Shown in pieces: positions 49,725 to 62,542 of a DNA stretch of 64,000 nt; positions within the stretch are counted from its first letter, which is position 1; every line of letters begins with the position of its first letter. The notes under the pieces are model-generated. The model saw only the letters and a list, made by a program, of their open reading frames with translations. It was not told the origin of the DNA and made no database searches. The position numbers and the translations under genes are program-made. The stretch is from Macrostomum lignano. Lineage: Eukaryota. The stretch lies in the NCBI GenBank assembly GCA_002269645.1, contig NIVC01000505.1, positions 124,001-188,000 of the forward strand, given 5' to 3'.

Positions 49725-52700
49725 GAGAATCTTACTCTAGCGTGATCTAAAGATTCTTAGTATCAGCCGAGTCTTAGCCTAGCGTGATCTAAAGATTCTT
49801 AGTATCAGCCGAGTCTTAGCCTAGCAAGATCTATAGATTCATAGAATCAGCCGAGAATCTTAGTCTAGCGAGATCTATAGATTCTTAGAATCAGCCGAGA
49901 ATCTTACTCTAGCGAGATCTATGATTCATAGAATCAGCCAAGATTCTTAGTCTAGCGAGATCTATAGATTCGAAGAATCAGCCGAGTCTTAGTCTACCGA
50001 GATCTATAGATTCTTAGAATCAGCCGAGAATCTTACTCTAGCGTGATCTATAGATTCAGAAAAATCTGCCGAGAATCCTAGCCTAGCGAGATCTATAGAT
50101 TCTTAGAATCAGCCGAGAATCCTAGCCTAGCGAGATCTATAGATTCTTAGAATCAACCGAGAATCTTAGTCTAGCTAGATCTATAGATTCTTAGAATCAG
50201 CCGAGAATCTTAGTCTAGCGAGATCTATAGATTCATAGAATCAGCCGAGAATCTTAGTCTAGCGAGATCTATAGATTCTTAGAATCAGCCGAGAATCTTA
50301 CTCTAGCGAGATCTATGATTCATAGAATCAGCCAAGATTCTTAGTCTAGCGAGATCTATAGATTCGAAGAATCAGCCGAGTCTTAGTCTACCGAGATCTA
50401 TAGATTCTTAGAATCAGCCGAGAATCTTACTCTAGCGTGATCTATAGATTCAGAAAAATCTGCCGAGAATCCTAGCCTAGCGAGATCTATAGATTCTTAG
50501 AATCAGCCGAGAATCCTAGCCTAGCGAGATCTATAGATTCTTAGAATCAACCGAGAATCTTAGTCTAGCTAGATCTATAGATTCTTAGAATCAGCCGAGA
50601 ATCTTAGTCTAGCGAGATCTATAGATTCATAGAATCAGCCGAGAATCTTAGTCTAGCGAGATCTATAGATTCTTAGAATCAGCCGAGAATCTTACTCTAG
50701 CGAGATCTATAGATTCTTAGAATCAGCCGAGAATCTTACTCTAGCGAGATCTATAGATTCTTAGAATCAGCCGAGAATCTTACTCTAGCGAGATCTATAG
50801 ATTCTTAGAATCAGCCGAGAATCCTAGCCTTGAGAGATCTATAGATTCTTAGAATCAGCCGAGAATCTTCTTAGTCTAGCGAGATCTATAGATTCTTAGA
50901 ATCAGCCGAGAATCTTACTCTAGCGAGATCTATGGATTCTTAGAATCAGCCGACAATCTTAGTCTAGCGTGATCTATAGATTCTTAGAATCAGCCGAGAA
51001 TCTTACTCTAGCGAGATCTATATAGATTCTTAGAATCAGCCGAGAATCTTACTCTAGCGAGATCTATATAGATTCTTAGAATCAGCCGAGAATCTTACTC
51101 TAGCGAGATCTATAGATTCTTAGAATCAGCCGAGAATCCTAGCCTAGCGAGATCTATAGATTCTTAGAATCAACCGAGAATCCTAGCCTAGCGAGATCTA
51201 TAGATTCATAGAATCAGCCGAGAATCCTAGCCTAGCGAGATCTATAGATTCTTAGAATCAACCAAGATTCTTAGCCTAGCGAGATCTATAGATTCATAGA
51301 ATCAGCCAAGATTCTTAGTCTAGCGAGATCTATAGATTCTTAGAATCAGCCGAGAATCTTACTCTAGCGTGATCTAAAGATTCTTAGTATCAGCCGAGTC
51401 TTAGTCTAGCAAGATCTATAGATTCATAGAATCAGCCGAGAATCTTAGTCTAGCGAGATCTATAGATTCTTAGAATCAGCCGAGAATCTTACTCTAGCGA
51501 GATCTATGATTCATAGAATCAGCCAAGATTCTTAGTCTAGCGAGATCTATAGATTCGAAGAATCAGCCGAGTCTTAGTCTACCGAGATCTATAGATTCTT
51601 AGAATCAGCCGAGAATCTTACTCTAGCGTGATCTATAGATTCAGAAAAATCTGCCGAGAATCCTAGCCTAGCGAGATCTATAGATTCTTAGAATCAGCCG
51701 AGAATCCTAGCCTAGCGAGATCTATAGATTTTTAGAATCAACCGAGAATCTTAGTCTAGCTAGATCTATAGATTCTTAGAATCAGCCGAGAATCTTAGTC
51801 TAGCGAGATCTATAGATTCTTAGAATCAGCCGAGAATCTTACTCTAGCGAGATCTATAGATTCTTAGAATCAGCCGAGAATCTTACTCTAGCGAGATCTA
51901 TAGATTCTTAGAATCAGCCGAGAATCTTACTCTAGCGAGATCTATAGATTCTTAGAATCAGCCGAGAATCTTACTCTAGCGAGATCTATAGATTCTTAGA
52001 ATCAGCCGAGAATCCTAGCCTTGAGAGATCTGTAGATTCTTAGAATCAACCGAGAATCTTAGTCTAGCGAGATCTATAGATTCTTAGAATCAGCCGAGAA
52101 TCTTAGTCTAGCTAGATCTATAGATTCTTAGAATCAGCCGAGAATCTTCTTAGTCTAGCGAGATCTATAGATTCTTAGAATCAGCCGAGAATCTTACTCT
52201 AGCGAGATCTATGGATTCTTAGAATCAGCCGACAATCTTAGTCTAGCGTGATCTATAGATTCTTAGAATCAGCCGAGAATCTTACTCTAGCGAGATATAT
52301 ATAGATTCTTAGAATCAGCCGAGAATCTTACTCTAGCGAGATCTATATAGATTCTTAGAATCAGCCGAGAATCTTACTCTAGCGAGATCTATATAGATTC
52401 TTAGAATCAGCCGAGAATCTTACTCTAGCGAGATCTATAGATTCTTAGAATCAGCCGAGAATCCTAGCCTAGCGAGATCTATAGATTCTTAGAATCAACC
52501 GAGAATCCTAGCCTAGCGAGATCTATAGATTCATAGAATCAGCCGAGAATCCTAGCCTAGCGAGATCTATAGATTCTTAGAATCAACCAAGATTCTTAGC
52601 CTAGCGAGATCTATAGATTCATAGAATCAGCCAAGATTCTTAGTCTAGCGAGATCTATAGATTCATAGAATCAGCCGAGAATCTTACTCTAGCGAGATCT

Positions 52701-54135
52701 ATAGATTCATAGAATCAGCCAAGATTCTTAGTCTAGCGAGATCTATAGATTCTTAGAATCAGCCGAGAATCTTACTCTAGCGTGATCTATAGATTCAGAA
52801 AAATCTGCCGAGAATCCTAGCCTAGCGAGATCTATAGATTCTTAGAATCAGCCGAGAATCCTAGCCTAGCGAGATCTATAGATTTTTAGAATCAACCGAG
52901 AATCTTAGTCTAGCTAGATCTATAGATTCTTAGAATCAGCCGAGAATCTTAGTCTAGCGAGATCTATAGATTCTTAGAATCAGCCGAGAATCTTACTCTA
53001 GCGAGATCTATAGATTCTTAGAATCAGCCGAGAATCTTACTCTAGCGAGATCTATAGATTCTTAGAATCAGCCGAGAATCTTACTCTAGCGAGATCTATA
53101 GATTCTTAGAATCAGCCGAGAATCTTACTCTAGCGAGATCTATAGATTCTTAGAATCAGCCGAGAATCCTAGCCTTGAGAGATCTGTAGATTCTTAGAAT
53201 CAACCGAGAATCTTAGTCTAGCGAGATCTATAGATTCTTAGAATCAGCCGAGAATCTTAGTCTAGCTAGATCTATAGATTCTTAGAATCAGCCGAGAATC
53301 TTCTTAGTCTAGCGAGATCTATAGATTCTTAGAATCAGCCGAGAATCTTACTCTAGCGAGATCTATGGATTCTTAGAATCAGCCGACAATCTTAGTCTAG
53401 CGTGATCTATAGATTCTTAGAATCAGCCGAGAATCTTACTCTAGCGAGATATATATAGATTCTTAGAATCAGCCGAGAATCTTACTCTAGCGAGATCTAT
53501 ATAGATTCTTAGAATCAGCCGAGAATCTTACTCTAGCGAGATCTATAGATTCTTAGAATCAGCCGAGAATCTTACTCTAGCGAGATCTATAGATTCTTAG
53601 AATCAGCCGAGAATCCTAGCCTAGCGAGATCTATAGATTCTTAGAATCAACCGAGAATCCTAGCCTAGCGAGATCTATAGATTCATAGAATCAGCCGAGA
53701 ATCCTAGCCTAGCGAGATCTATAGATTCTTAGAATCAACCAAGATTCTTAGCCTAGCGAGATCTATAGATTCATAGAATCAGCCAAGATTCTTAGTCTAG
53801 CGAGATCTATAGATTCATAGAATCAGCCGAGAATCTTACTCTAGCGAGATCTATAGATTCATAGAATCAGCCAAGATTCTTAGTCTAGCGAGATCTATAG
53901 ATTCGAAGAATCAGCCAAGATTCTTACTCTAGCGAGATCTATAGATTCATAGAATCAGCCAAGATTCTTAGTCTAGCGAGATCTATAGATTCGAAGAATC
54001 AGCCAAGATTCTTAGTCTAGCGAGATCTATAGATTCTTAGAATCAGCCAAGATTCTTAGTCTAGCGAGATCTATAGATTCGAAGAATCAGCCAAGATTCT
54101 TAGTCTAGCGAGATCTGTAGTCTCTTAGAATCAGC
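49725..54135. repeat. 44-bp palindrome-rich satellite GAGATCTATAGATTCTTAGAATCAGCCGAGAATCTTACTCTAGC, about 4.4 kb
   Basis: About 100 units with higher-order duplicated blocks. Confidence 0.95.
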
Positions 54136-54869
54136 CGAAAATAGCTGAAATATAGACCCTCAGCTATAGAAACATTATTAGAACATCTCCAGAAAAGGAA
54201 TGCGGCACATCTAAAAGTCCAGGACAGGCTGGAACCAAGGTACAAAATTAGCTAATGCACGGAGGACAAACATCACACAGCTCGCCTCCAATCCACAGAG
54301 ATCGATACAGCACTCTCCTTTCCTGCAGTTAGCTAGGCAGGACTGTCTGCTACAGTGAAACTATCGAAATAGCTTCGGCACTTGTGCAGCTCTCCATTCA
54401 AGACTTTTGAATACCCGCCCTGGTGGCAGTTCATTTGTCCATCTTTACTTTGCTACTGAAATATGCAATTATTGCCAAAAAACACAATCGACCAATAGAA
54501 AAGAATCGATAAACTTCCTCTCCATATAGTTTAGTTTATAGCTAGTGTCTGTACGTACGCTATATAAGCTTTCAATTAATTTAGTTGGGCCTGAGCTGAA
54601 ACGTAAGTAGCTATAACTCATCTAGGCGAGGAGGTGAACAGAATTGCAAGGAAACCGTTTTAACTAACCATCCTATAGTGTGTGCAGCCGTGTAGTTTGG
54701 AGGAAATTATCTGCATAAATTATTCAGCGTCAATACATACCTTTGCTTGCTTGGTAAGAAACACAAGTAGCTATGTAGAGCAGCTATATAACACAGAGCA
54801 GCAATTACCTAAAGACTAAGCGAGCATTTTATTAACAAAAACTATGCTGAAATACATCAGGTGCAACCT

Positions 54870-55500
54870 CGGAATTGCTGAAGTTGTTGTCAGGAGCAAT
54901 CCTGGGATGTCAGAAGTTGTTGTCAGGAGCAATCCTGGGATGTCAGAAGTTGTTGTCAGGAGCAATCCTGGGATGTCAGAAGTTGTTGTCAGGAGCAATC
55001 TAATGTCAAAAGTTGTTGTCAGGAGCAATCTTGGAATGTCAGAAGTTGTTGTCAGGAGCAATCTTGGAATGTCAGAAGTTGTTGTCAGGAGCAATCTTGA
55101 AATATCAGAAGTTGTTGTCAGGAGCAATCCTGGGATGTCAGAAGTTGTTGTCAGGAGCAATCCTGGGATGTCAGAAGTTGTTGTCAGGAGCAATCTTGGA
55201 ATGTCAGAAGTTGTTGTCAGGAGCAATCCTGGGATGTCAGAAGTTGTTGTCAGGAGCAATCATGGAATGTCAGAAGTTGTTGTCAGGAGCAATCCTAGGA
55301 TGTCAGAAGTTGTTGTCAGGAGCAATCTTGGAATGTCAGAAGTTGCTGTTAGGAGCAATCCTGAGATGTCAGAAGTTGTTATCCGGAGCAATCATGGAAT
55401 GTCAGAAGTTGTTGTCAGGAGCAATCCTGGGATGTCAGAAGTTGTTGCAGGAGCAATCTTGGAATGTCAGAAGTTGTGGTCAGGAGCAATCTCCGAATGT
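54870..55500. repeat. 33-bp minisatellite GAAGTTGTTGTCAGGAGCAATCCTGGGATGTCA
   Basis: Directly visible. Confidence 0.92.
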
Positions 55501-56034
55501 CAGAACATTCTGTCAGGAGACGGCCTTTGACCACCCCAAAAGACAGCATACAAAAGAAGTCCCTACTTTCAGTAATAAAAAACGAAAAATAAAAATGCAA
55601 GAAAACTGTCAGTGCAAATAGGACAGCTAATTTTTTTCAACACACAGCAGACAGAAGGTTGCACCATATAAATGCTTCAAGATAACTGCACGATAAAGGT
55701 TTTATTTCATCATTTAATTAGCAGAAGACAATTTGACTACACGCAAAAATAGTGCGAAAATCCTTGAAATTCTACTGAAAACCTCAAGTCAGTAGTAAAA
55801 TTCAAAATTGGTTTGCCAATTTTGCATGCGATTTTATAAGAAGACTTTCAGAGTCAGACTACCCCAGGATGATAAACGAAGACCGAATCGAAATTGTATT
55901 TTTTATAGAATCTTTTCCCGATTGTAGCTAATGATTTTGATGTATTGGCTGGCTTAGATGTACGAATTGACGAAAGATATCGAATTAAATTGGTCACGTA
56001 GAGGACTGTCGCTTTGAAAGTTAGCAGACAGCAG

Positions 56035-56965
<931 letters not shown>

Positions 56966-57134
56966 TAATTACCCGATGGAAAATCTGGAGGGGTGTTGGA
57001 GGCTCACTTTTTGGTGCTAGCCTCTAATGATTTTTTTTATTTGGTTACACTAAACCAATGGGAGGCTAGAGGCTGGGTTAGAGGCTCGACTCTTGGGTGT
57101 CGCAGCCTCTAAAAATGACCCAGATTTGATGCTT

Positions 57135-58525
57135 GCAATTTGAGGCTCGTATTGGAGGCTCAATTAGAGGCTGGCAATTTGAGGCTCGTATTGGAGGCTC
57201 AATTAGAGGCTGGCAATTTGAGGCTCGTATTGGAGGCTCAATTAGAGGCTGGCAATTTGAGGCTCGTATTGGAGGCTCAATTAGAGGCTGGCAATTTGAG
57301 GCTCATATTGGAGGCTCAATTAGAGGCTGGCAATTTGAGGCTCGTATTGGAGGCTCAATTAGAGGCTGGCAATTTGAGGCTCGTATTGGAGGCTCAATTA
57401 GAGGCTGGCAATTTGAGGCTCGTATTGGAGGCTCAATTAGAGGCTGGCAATTTGAGGCTCGTTTTGGAGGCTCAATTAGAGACTGGCAATTTGAGGCTCG
57501 TTTTGGAGGCTCAATTAGAGGCTGGCGATTTGATGCTCAGTTAGAGGCTGAATTAGAGGCTCAATTAGAGGCTGGCGATTTGATGCTCAGTTAGAGGCTG
57601 AATTAGAGGCTCAATTAGAGGCTGGCGATTTGATGCTCAGTTAGAGGCTCAATTAGAGGCTCAATTAGAGGCTGGCGATTTGATGCTCAGTTAGAGGCTG
57701 AATTAGAGGCTCAATTAGAGGCTGGCGATTTGATGCTCAGTTAGAGGCTGAATTAGAGGCTGAATTAGAGGCTGGCGATTTGATGCTCAGTTAGAGGCTG
57801 AATTAGAGGCTCAATTAGAGGCTCAATTAGAGGCTGGCGATTTGATGCTCAGTTAGAGGCTGAATTAGAGGCTCAATTAGAGGCTGGCGATTTGATGCTT
57901 AGTTAGAGGCTGAATTAGAGGCTCAATTAGAGGCTGGCGATTTGATGCTCAGTTAGAGGCTGAATTAGAGGCTCAATTAGAGGCTCAATTAGAGGCTGGC
58001 GATTTGATGCTCAGTTAGAGGCTCAATTAGAGGCTCAATTAGAGGCTCAATTAGAGGCTGGCGATTTGATGCTCAGTTAGAGGCTCAATTAGAGGCTCAA
58101 TTAGAGGCTCAATTAGAGGCTGGCGATTTGATGCTCAGTTAGAGGCTCAATTAGAGGCTCAATTAGAGGCTCAATTAGAGGCTGGCGATTTGATGCTCAG
58201 TTAGAGGCTCAATTAGAGGCTCAATTAGAGGCTCAATTAGAGGCTGGCGATTTGATGCTCAGTTAGAGGCTCAATTAGAGGCTCAATTAGAGGCTCAATT
58301 AGAGGCTCAATTAGAGGCTGGCGATTTGATGCTCAGTTAGAGGCTCAATTAGAGGCTCAATTAGAGGCTGGCGATTTGATGCTCAGTTAGAGGCTCAATT
58401 AGAGGCTCAATTAGAGGCTGGCGATTTGATGCTCAGTTAGAGGCTGAATTAGAGGCTCGATTAGAGGCTGGCGATTTGATGCTCAGTTAGAGGCTCAATT
58501 AGAGGCTCAATTAGAGGCTGGCGAT
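57135..58525. repeat. Left subterminal array (39-bp then 12-bp-based TTAGAGGCTCAA / TTAGAGGCTGGCGATTTGATGCTCAG units)
   Basis: Directly visible; motif orientation is opposite to the right array. Confidence 0.9.
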
Positions 58526-58590
58526 TTATTAATAAGCTACGATTAATAAAACGAAAGAAAGAAAGAAAGAAAGAGGCTGGTTTCTTTTTA

Positions 58591-59059
58591 CGAGGGATGT
58601 GTCATAAATCTGCTGACAAACATCTCTAGTTTCTTTTGTATTTTTTTACTTGAGTTTATACTTTAGCCTAGGACTCTAGGGCTCATGACAGTTATGTCTA
58701 TGGAAAATATTACTTCTAGCCTTCATATAAGACAGAAAATCCTGTATCTTTCTACCTCCACCTCTACCTCTAGCATCTACCTCTGATGAGAACATCCAGC
58801 GGGTGCTCTTAGAGAAAATTAAAGAGCCACTTCGTGGTCACTGCTATGGAAGCCTTTCTGCTTTTGGCTCTGCGATCAACCAGTGGTTGCGAAGTGTCCC
58901 CAGAAAATTCTTCGCCCAGGGCCTCGACAAGCTGCCTGAAAGATGGCACAAATGTGTTCAGCTCCGGGGTGACTATGTTGAGAAGTGTGACATTGATTAT
59001 TAAGAGTTTCTTTTTTTACTTGTTTAATAGTCACATTTGTCAGCGAATCACAATCCTCG
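58591..59059 (+). mobile_element. Internally deleted mariner element nested in the BEN-gene 3' UTR
   Basis: TA|CGAGG...GCTGACAAA left and TTTGTCAGC...CCTCG|TA right (TA TSD). 58803-59003 encodes a mariner C-terminus: LRGHCY...INQWL...FFAQGLDKLPERWHKCVQLRGDYVE. Confidence 0.85.
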
Positions 59060-59088
59060 TACCGTTATCAGTTCTTACGTTTCGCCTA

Positions 59089-60168
59089 CTACAACACGGC
59101 CTCGGTCTCGCCACCGGCCTCGGTCTCGCCACCGGCCTCCGTCCCGCCACCGGCCTCTGTCCCGCCACCGGCCTCCGTCCCGCCACCGGCCTCCGTCTCG
59201 CCACCGGCCTCCGTCCCGCCACCGGCCTCCGTCTCGCCATCGGCCTCCGTCCCGCCACCGGTCTCGGTCTCGCCACCGGCCTCCGTCCCGCCACCGGCCT
59301 CCGTCCCGCCACCGGCCTCCGTCTCGCCACCGGCCTCCGTCCCGCCACCGGCCTCCGTCTCGCCACCGGCCTCCGTCTCGCCATCGGCCTCCGTCCCGCC
59401 ACCGGCCTCCGTCTCGCCACCGGCGCCCGATAGTTTACTGCGGCCGTAAGCGGCGAGGCGATTGAAGTAAAGTGACAGGCGGCTTGGGTCTAGGCCGTTC
59501 GATTTAACGAATTGAATGACGGCCTCTTTCTGCATCGGGTCGACGGCCGACCGGTTGGTGCCATTCTTTACCTTTCGTCCTTCCCAGACACACGTCTGAA
59601 GCTGCTCCTCAGAGAAGACAGCCCGCAGTATTGTGGAGTAAGCGACGCCAAGTAGGCGCTTTCGTTGAGCAACTTCCTTGGCATCGTGGTATCTCTTGAT
59701 GGCTGTTTCAATACCGCGCATGCTGTCGTCCGTCACTTTTACGGTGGGGAACGCGTCAATGAGGGCGACCTTCTGTATCAAAGACACCGGTTTTTTGATA
59801 GTGGTGCTACCGGACGTACTGTCACTCGCACGAGTGTTAACAGCCAAGGTGATCCCTAAGGACTCCACTTCAGTGGCCATGGAGGAGTCAACTATTGTGG
59901 CTGGCGAGTCGGAGCAGAATTCCGCCATCTTGGCGAGCTCGGTGCGTGCACGCGCGTGGATTTTGTTCGCGTCCTCTAGCATTTTATCAACCGATGAGAT
60001 GATCCGCACCGAGTTTCGGAAGGAAGTACAAGTCTGCCGATACTCGAGGGCAAGCTGGTGCAAATCAGCCTTCATGCTGGATACTTTTCCTTCGACAGAC
60101 TGCGCCTCCGTGTCATGGTCACGTGAAAGCTCATCCAATGCCGCCTGGAGCCTCTCCTTGTCTTCCAT
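59089..60168 (-). CDS. Single-exon coiled-coil + BEN-like domain protein with (AGGETE)n tail, 359 aa
   Basis: Heptad-like N-terminus; ILRAVFSEEQLQTCVWEGRKVKNGTNRSAVDPMQKEAVIQFV fits the BEN pattern LLxxxFxxEEL...G.....LDP....I; minus-strand AATAAA at 58530-58525. Confidence 0.7.
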   Translation of the reverse strand: MEDKERLQAALDELSRDHDTEAQSVEGKVSSMKADLHQLALEYRQTCTSFRNSVRIISSVDKMLEDANKIHARARTELAKMAEFCSDSPATIVDSSMATEVESLGITLAVNTRASDSTSGSTTIKKPVSLIQKVALIDAFPTVKVTDDSMRGIETAIKRYHDAKEVAQRKRLLGVAYSTILRAVFSEEQLQTCVWEGRKVKNGTNRSAVDPMQKEAVIQFVKSNGLDPSRLSLYFNRLAAYGRSKLSGAGGETEAGGGTEADGETEAGGETEAGGGTEAGGETEAGGGTEAGGGTEAGGETETGGGTEADGETEAGGGTEAGGETEAGGGTEAGGGTEAGGGTEAGGETEAGGETEAVL

Positions 60169-60177
60169 GAGTGCTGT

Positions 60178-61340
60178 GCCTCTAATCCAGCCTCTAATTG
60201 AGCCTCGAATCCAGTCTCTAATTGAGCCTCGAATCCAGTCTCTAATCCAGCCTCTAATTCAGTCTCTAATACAGCCTCTAATCCAGCCTCTAATTGAGCC
60301 TCGAATCCAGTCTCTAATCCAGCCTCGAATCCAGTCTCTAATCCAGCCTCTAATTCAGTCTCTAATACAGCCTCTAATCCAGCCTCTAATTGAGCCTCGA
60401 ATCCAGTCTCTAATTGAGCCTCGAATCCAGTCTCTAATCCAGCCTCTAATTCAGTCTCTAATACAGCCTCTAATCCAGCCTCTAATTGAGCCTCGAATCC
60501 AGTCTCTAATCCAGCCTCGAATCCAGTCTCTAATCCAGCCTCTAATTCAGTCTCTAATACAGCCTCTAATCCAGCCTCTAATTGAGCCTCAAATCCAGTC
60601 TCTAATTGAGCCTCGAATCCAGTCTCTAATCCAGCCTCTAATTCAGTCTCTAATACAGCCTCTAATCCAGCCTCTAATTGAGCCTCGAATCCAGTCTCTA
60701 ATTGAGCCTCGAATCCAGTCTCTAATCCAGCCTCTAATTCAGTCTCTAATCCAGCCTCTAATCCAGCCTCGAATTTAGCCTCTAAATTAAACATCAAATC
60801 CAGGCTCAAATAAAGCCTCTAATCCAGCCTCGAATTTAGCCTCTAAATTAAACATCAAATCCAGGCTCAAATAAAGCCTCTAATCCAGCCTCGAATTTAG
60901 CCTCTAAATTAAACGTCAAATCCAGGCTCAAATAAAGCCTCTAATCCAGCCTCGAATTTAGCCTCTAAATTAAACGTCAAATCCAGGCTCAAATAAAGCC
61001 TCTAATCCAGCCTCGAATTTAGCCTCTAAATTAAACGTCAAATCCAGGCTCAAATAAAGCCTCTAATCCAGCCTCGAATTTAGCCTCTAAATTAAACGTC
61101 AAATCCAGGCTCAAAAAAGCCTCTAATCCAGCCTCGAATTTAGCCTCTAAATTAAACGTCAAATCCAGGCTCAAAAAAAGCCTCTAATCCAGCCTCGAAT
61201 TTAGCCTCTAAATTAAACGTCAAATCCAGGCTCAAATAAAGCCTCTAATCCAGCCTCGAATTTAGCCTCTAAATTAAACGTCAAATCCAGGCTCAAAAAA
61301 AGCCTCTAATCCAGCCTCGAATCTAGCCTCTATCTCAGAC
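60178..61340. repeat. Right subterminal array (12-bp ATCCAGCCTCTA/ATTGAGCCTCGA units, then a 61-bp unit)
   Basis: CAGCCTCTAA is the reverse complement of TTAGAGGCTG in the left array. Confidence 0.9.
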
Positions 61341-61579
61341 TCTAAGTTGAACCTCTACTCTAGCCTCAAATCCAGCATCAAATACAATCTCTTTTGAGGT
61401 TAAAGATTATTTTTGAGGCTAGCATCTAACCAGCCTCAAAAAATCCACTTTGAGGTTCATTCGAGGCTGCGTTTGAGGCTAGGGTAAAAATTAGAGGCTG
61501 CCCTTTTCCCATCGGGTTAGACACCAGTAGCCAGTTAGACACGCGAGGTTACAAAGACTCCGATGAGACTGCAGACAAA

Positions 61580-61988
61580 TCACTCTACGCAAGCTTCCTC
61601 TAACCGGAGCCGCTTCTCGTCTTGAACGGCATCGCCGTCACCAGTCGAAGCCAGCTGCTTCAATTGCCGCTTGCTGTCCGCTCGTTCGCGCATCTCCTCG
61701 AAGCTGGCCTGCAGCTGACGCTTGAGCAGCGGTCGGTGCTGCCTACAGCGCAGCTCGGGCAGCAGCCCGGTACTCAGATGAGACCAATTCAACGTTGGCG
61801 GAGTCAACGGCAGATGATCGACAGCTAGACGAGCAAGGCAGGATCGGACAGTCAGCTCAGTCCAGTGACGCTGCAAGGTGACCCTGAGATGCTCGCGGGC
61901 GTCCGCTGAGCAACGCCAATCGAGATGATCGAATTCGGCTTTAGATAAGATTAATGGGAGACCATCGGCCAACACATATTCTGGCTTC
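61580..61988 (-). CDS. PUS3: tRNA pseudouridine 38/39 synthase PUS3/DEG1, last exon
   Basis: Acceptor TCACAG; R|KPEYVLADGLPLIL, similar to PUS3 KPQYSMAVEFPLVL; HRPLLKR, similar to YKPLMDR; stop TGA 61582-61580. Confidence 0.85.
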
Positions 61989-62078
61989 CTGTGAAGGTTG
62001 GTGTAAAAAAAATTGAGTCACAAGTGCATCACGTGAGTTGTAGAATCGTAAGAAGTGGTCCAAGAGTCGTTGTTTAAG

Positions 62079-62362
62079 TTAGCCTAGTAGTTAGAGTGTC
62101 GGACTCACGACTTCAAGGTCGGGGGTTCGATTCCTGATCCTGCACTCGGAACAATTTGTGTCCTTGAGCAAGACACTTACTCGTAACTCTGCATTGCTTT
62201 AGCTCGCCCAGCTGTAAAATGGGTGCCAGCATTAGCTGGGGTAATTGAGGGTGCGTGTGGTGACCCCCCCCCCCAGTCCTTGGACTGAACAGCCGTACGC
62301 AGCCTTCAGATGCGCCGCGCAATTGCGGCTGAGCTGTCGGTTGCACATCTGCCTATTAGGCA
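62079..62362 (+). mobile_element. CORE-type SINE, copy D (near full length, in PUS3 intron)
   Basis: TAGCCTAGTAGTTAGAG, GGTTCGATTCC, GTGTCCTTGAGCAAGACACTTA, CAGCTGTAAAATGGG. Confidence 0.85.
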
Positions 62363-62542
62363 TTCGTTGATTTTTATTCATAAAGTGACGGATTCTACAG
62401 CGACTCTTTCACGTCTCATATACCGTCTACCTGTAAGAGTCACGTCTTTCCTATTCTATCTGTGTGATCTGCAACGACTTTTGAACGCCTCTTGGCGTTC
62501 GTAACGTTTTCATTAAAAGACGTCGACCAGTATAAAACTCAC

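Larger units (their letters stand above)
56972..61516 (-). mobile_element. 4.5-kb non-autonomous DNA transposon (CMC/EnSpm-like or PIF/Harbinger-like) carrying a BEN-like gene
   Basis: TIRs CCCGATGG(A/G)AAA (12 bp, 1 mismatch); TTA on both sides (56969-56971, 61517-61519); inverted subterminal arrays of AGAGGCT motifs; no transposase seen. Confidence 0.75.

Noticed and set aside
57133-60809. ORFs 57133-57594, 59678-60778 and 60072-60809 as transposon genes
   Set aside because: Translations of the subterminal AGAGGCT arrays or antisense shadows of the BEN ORF.
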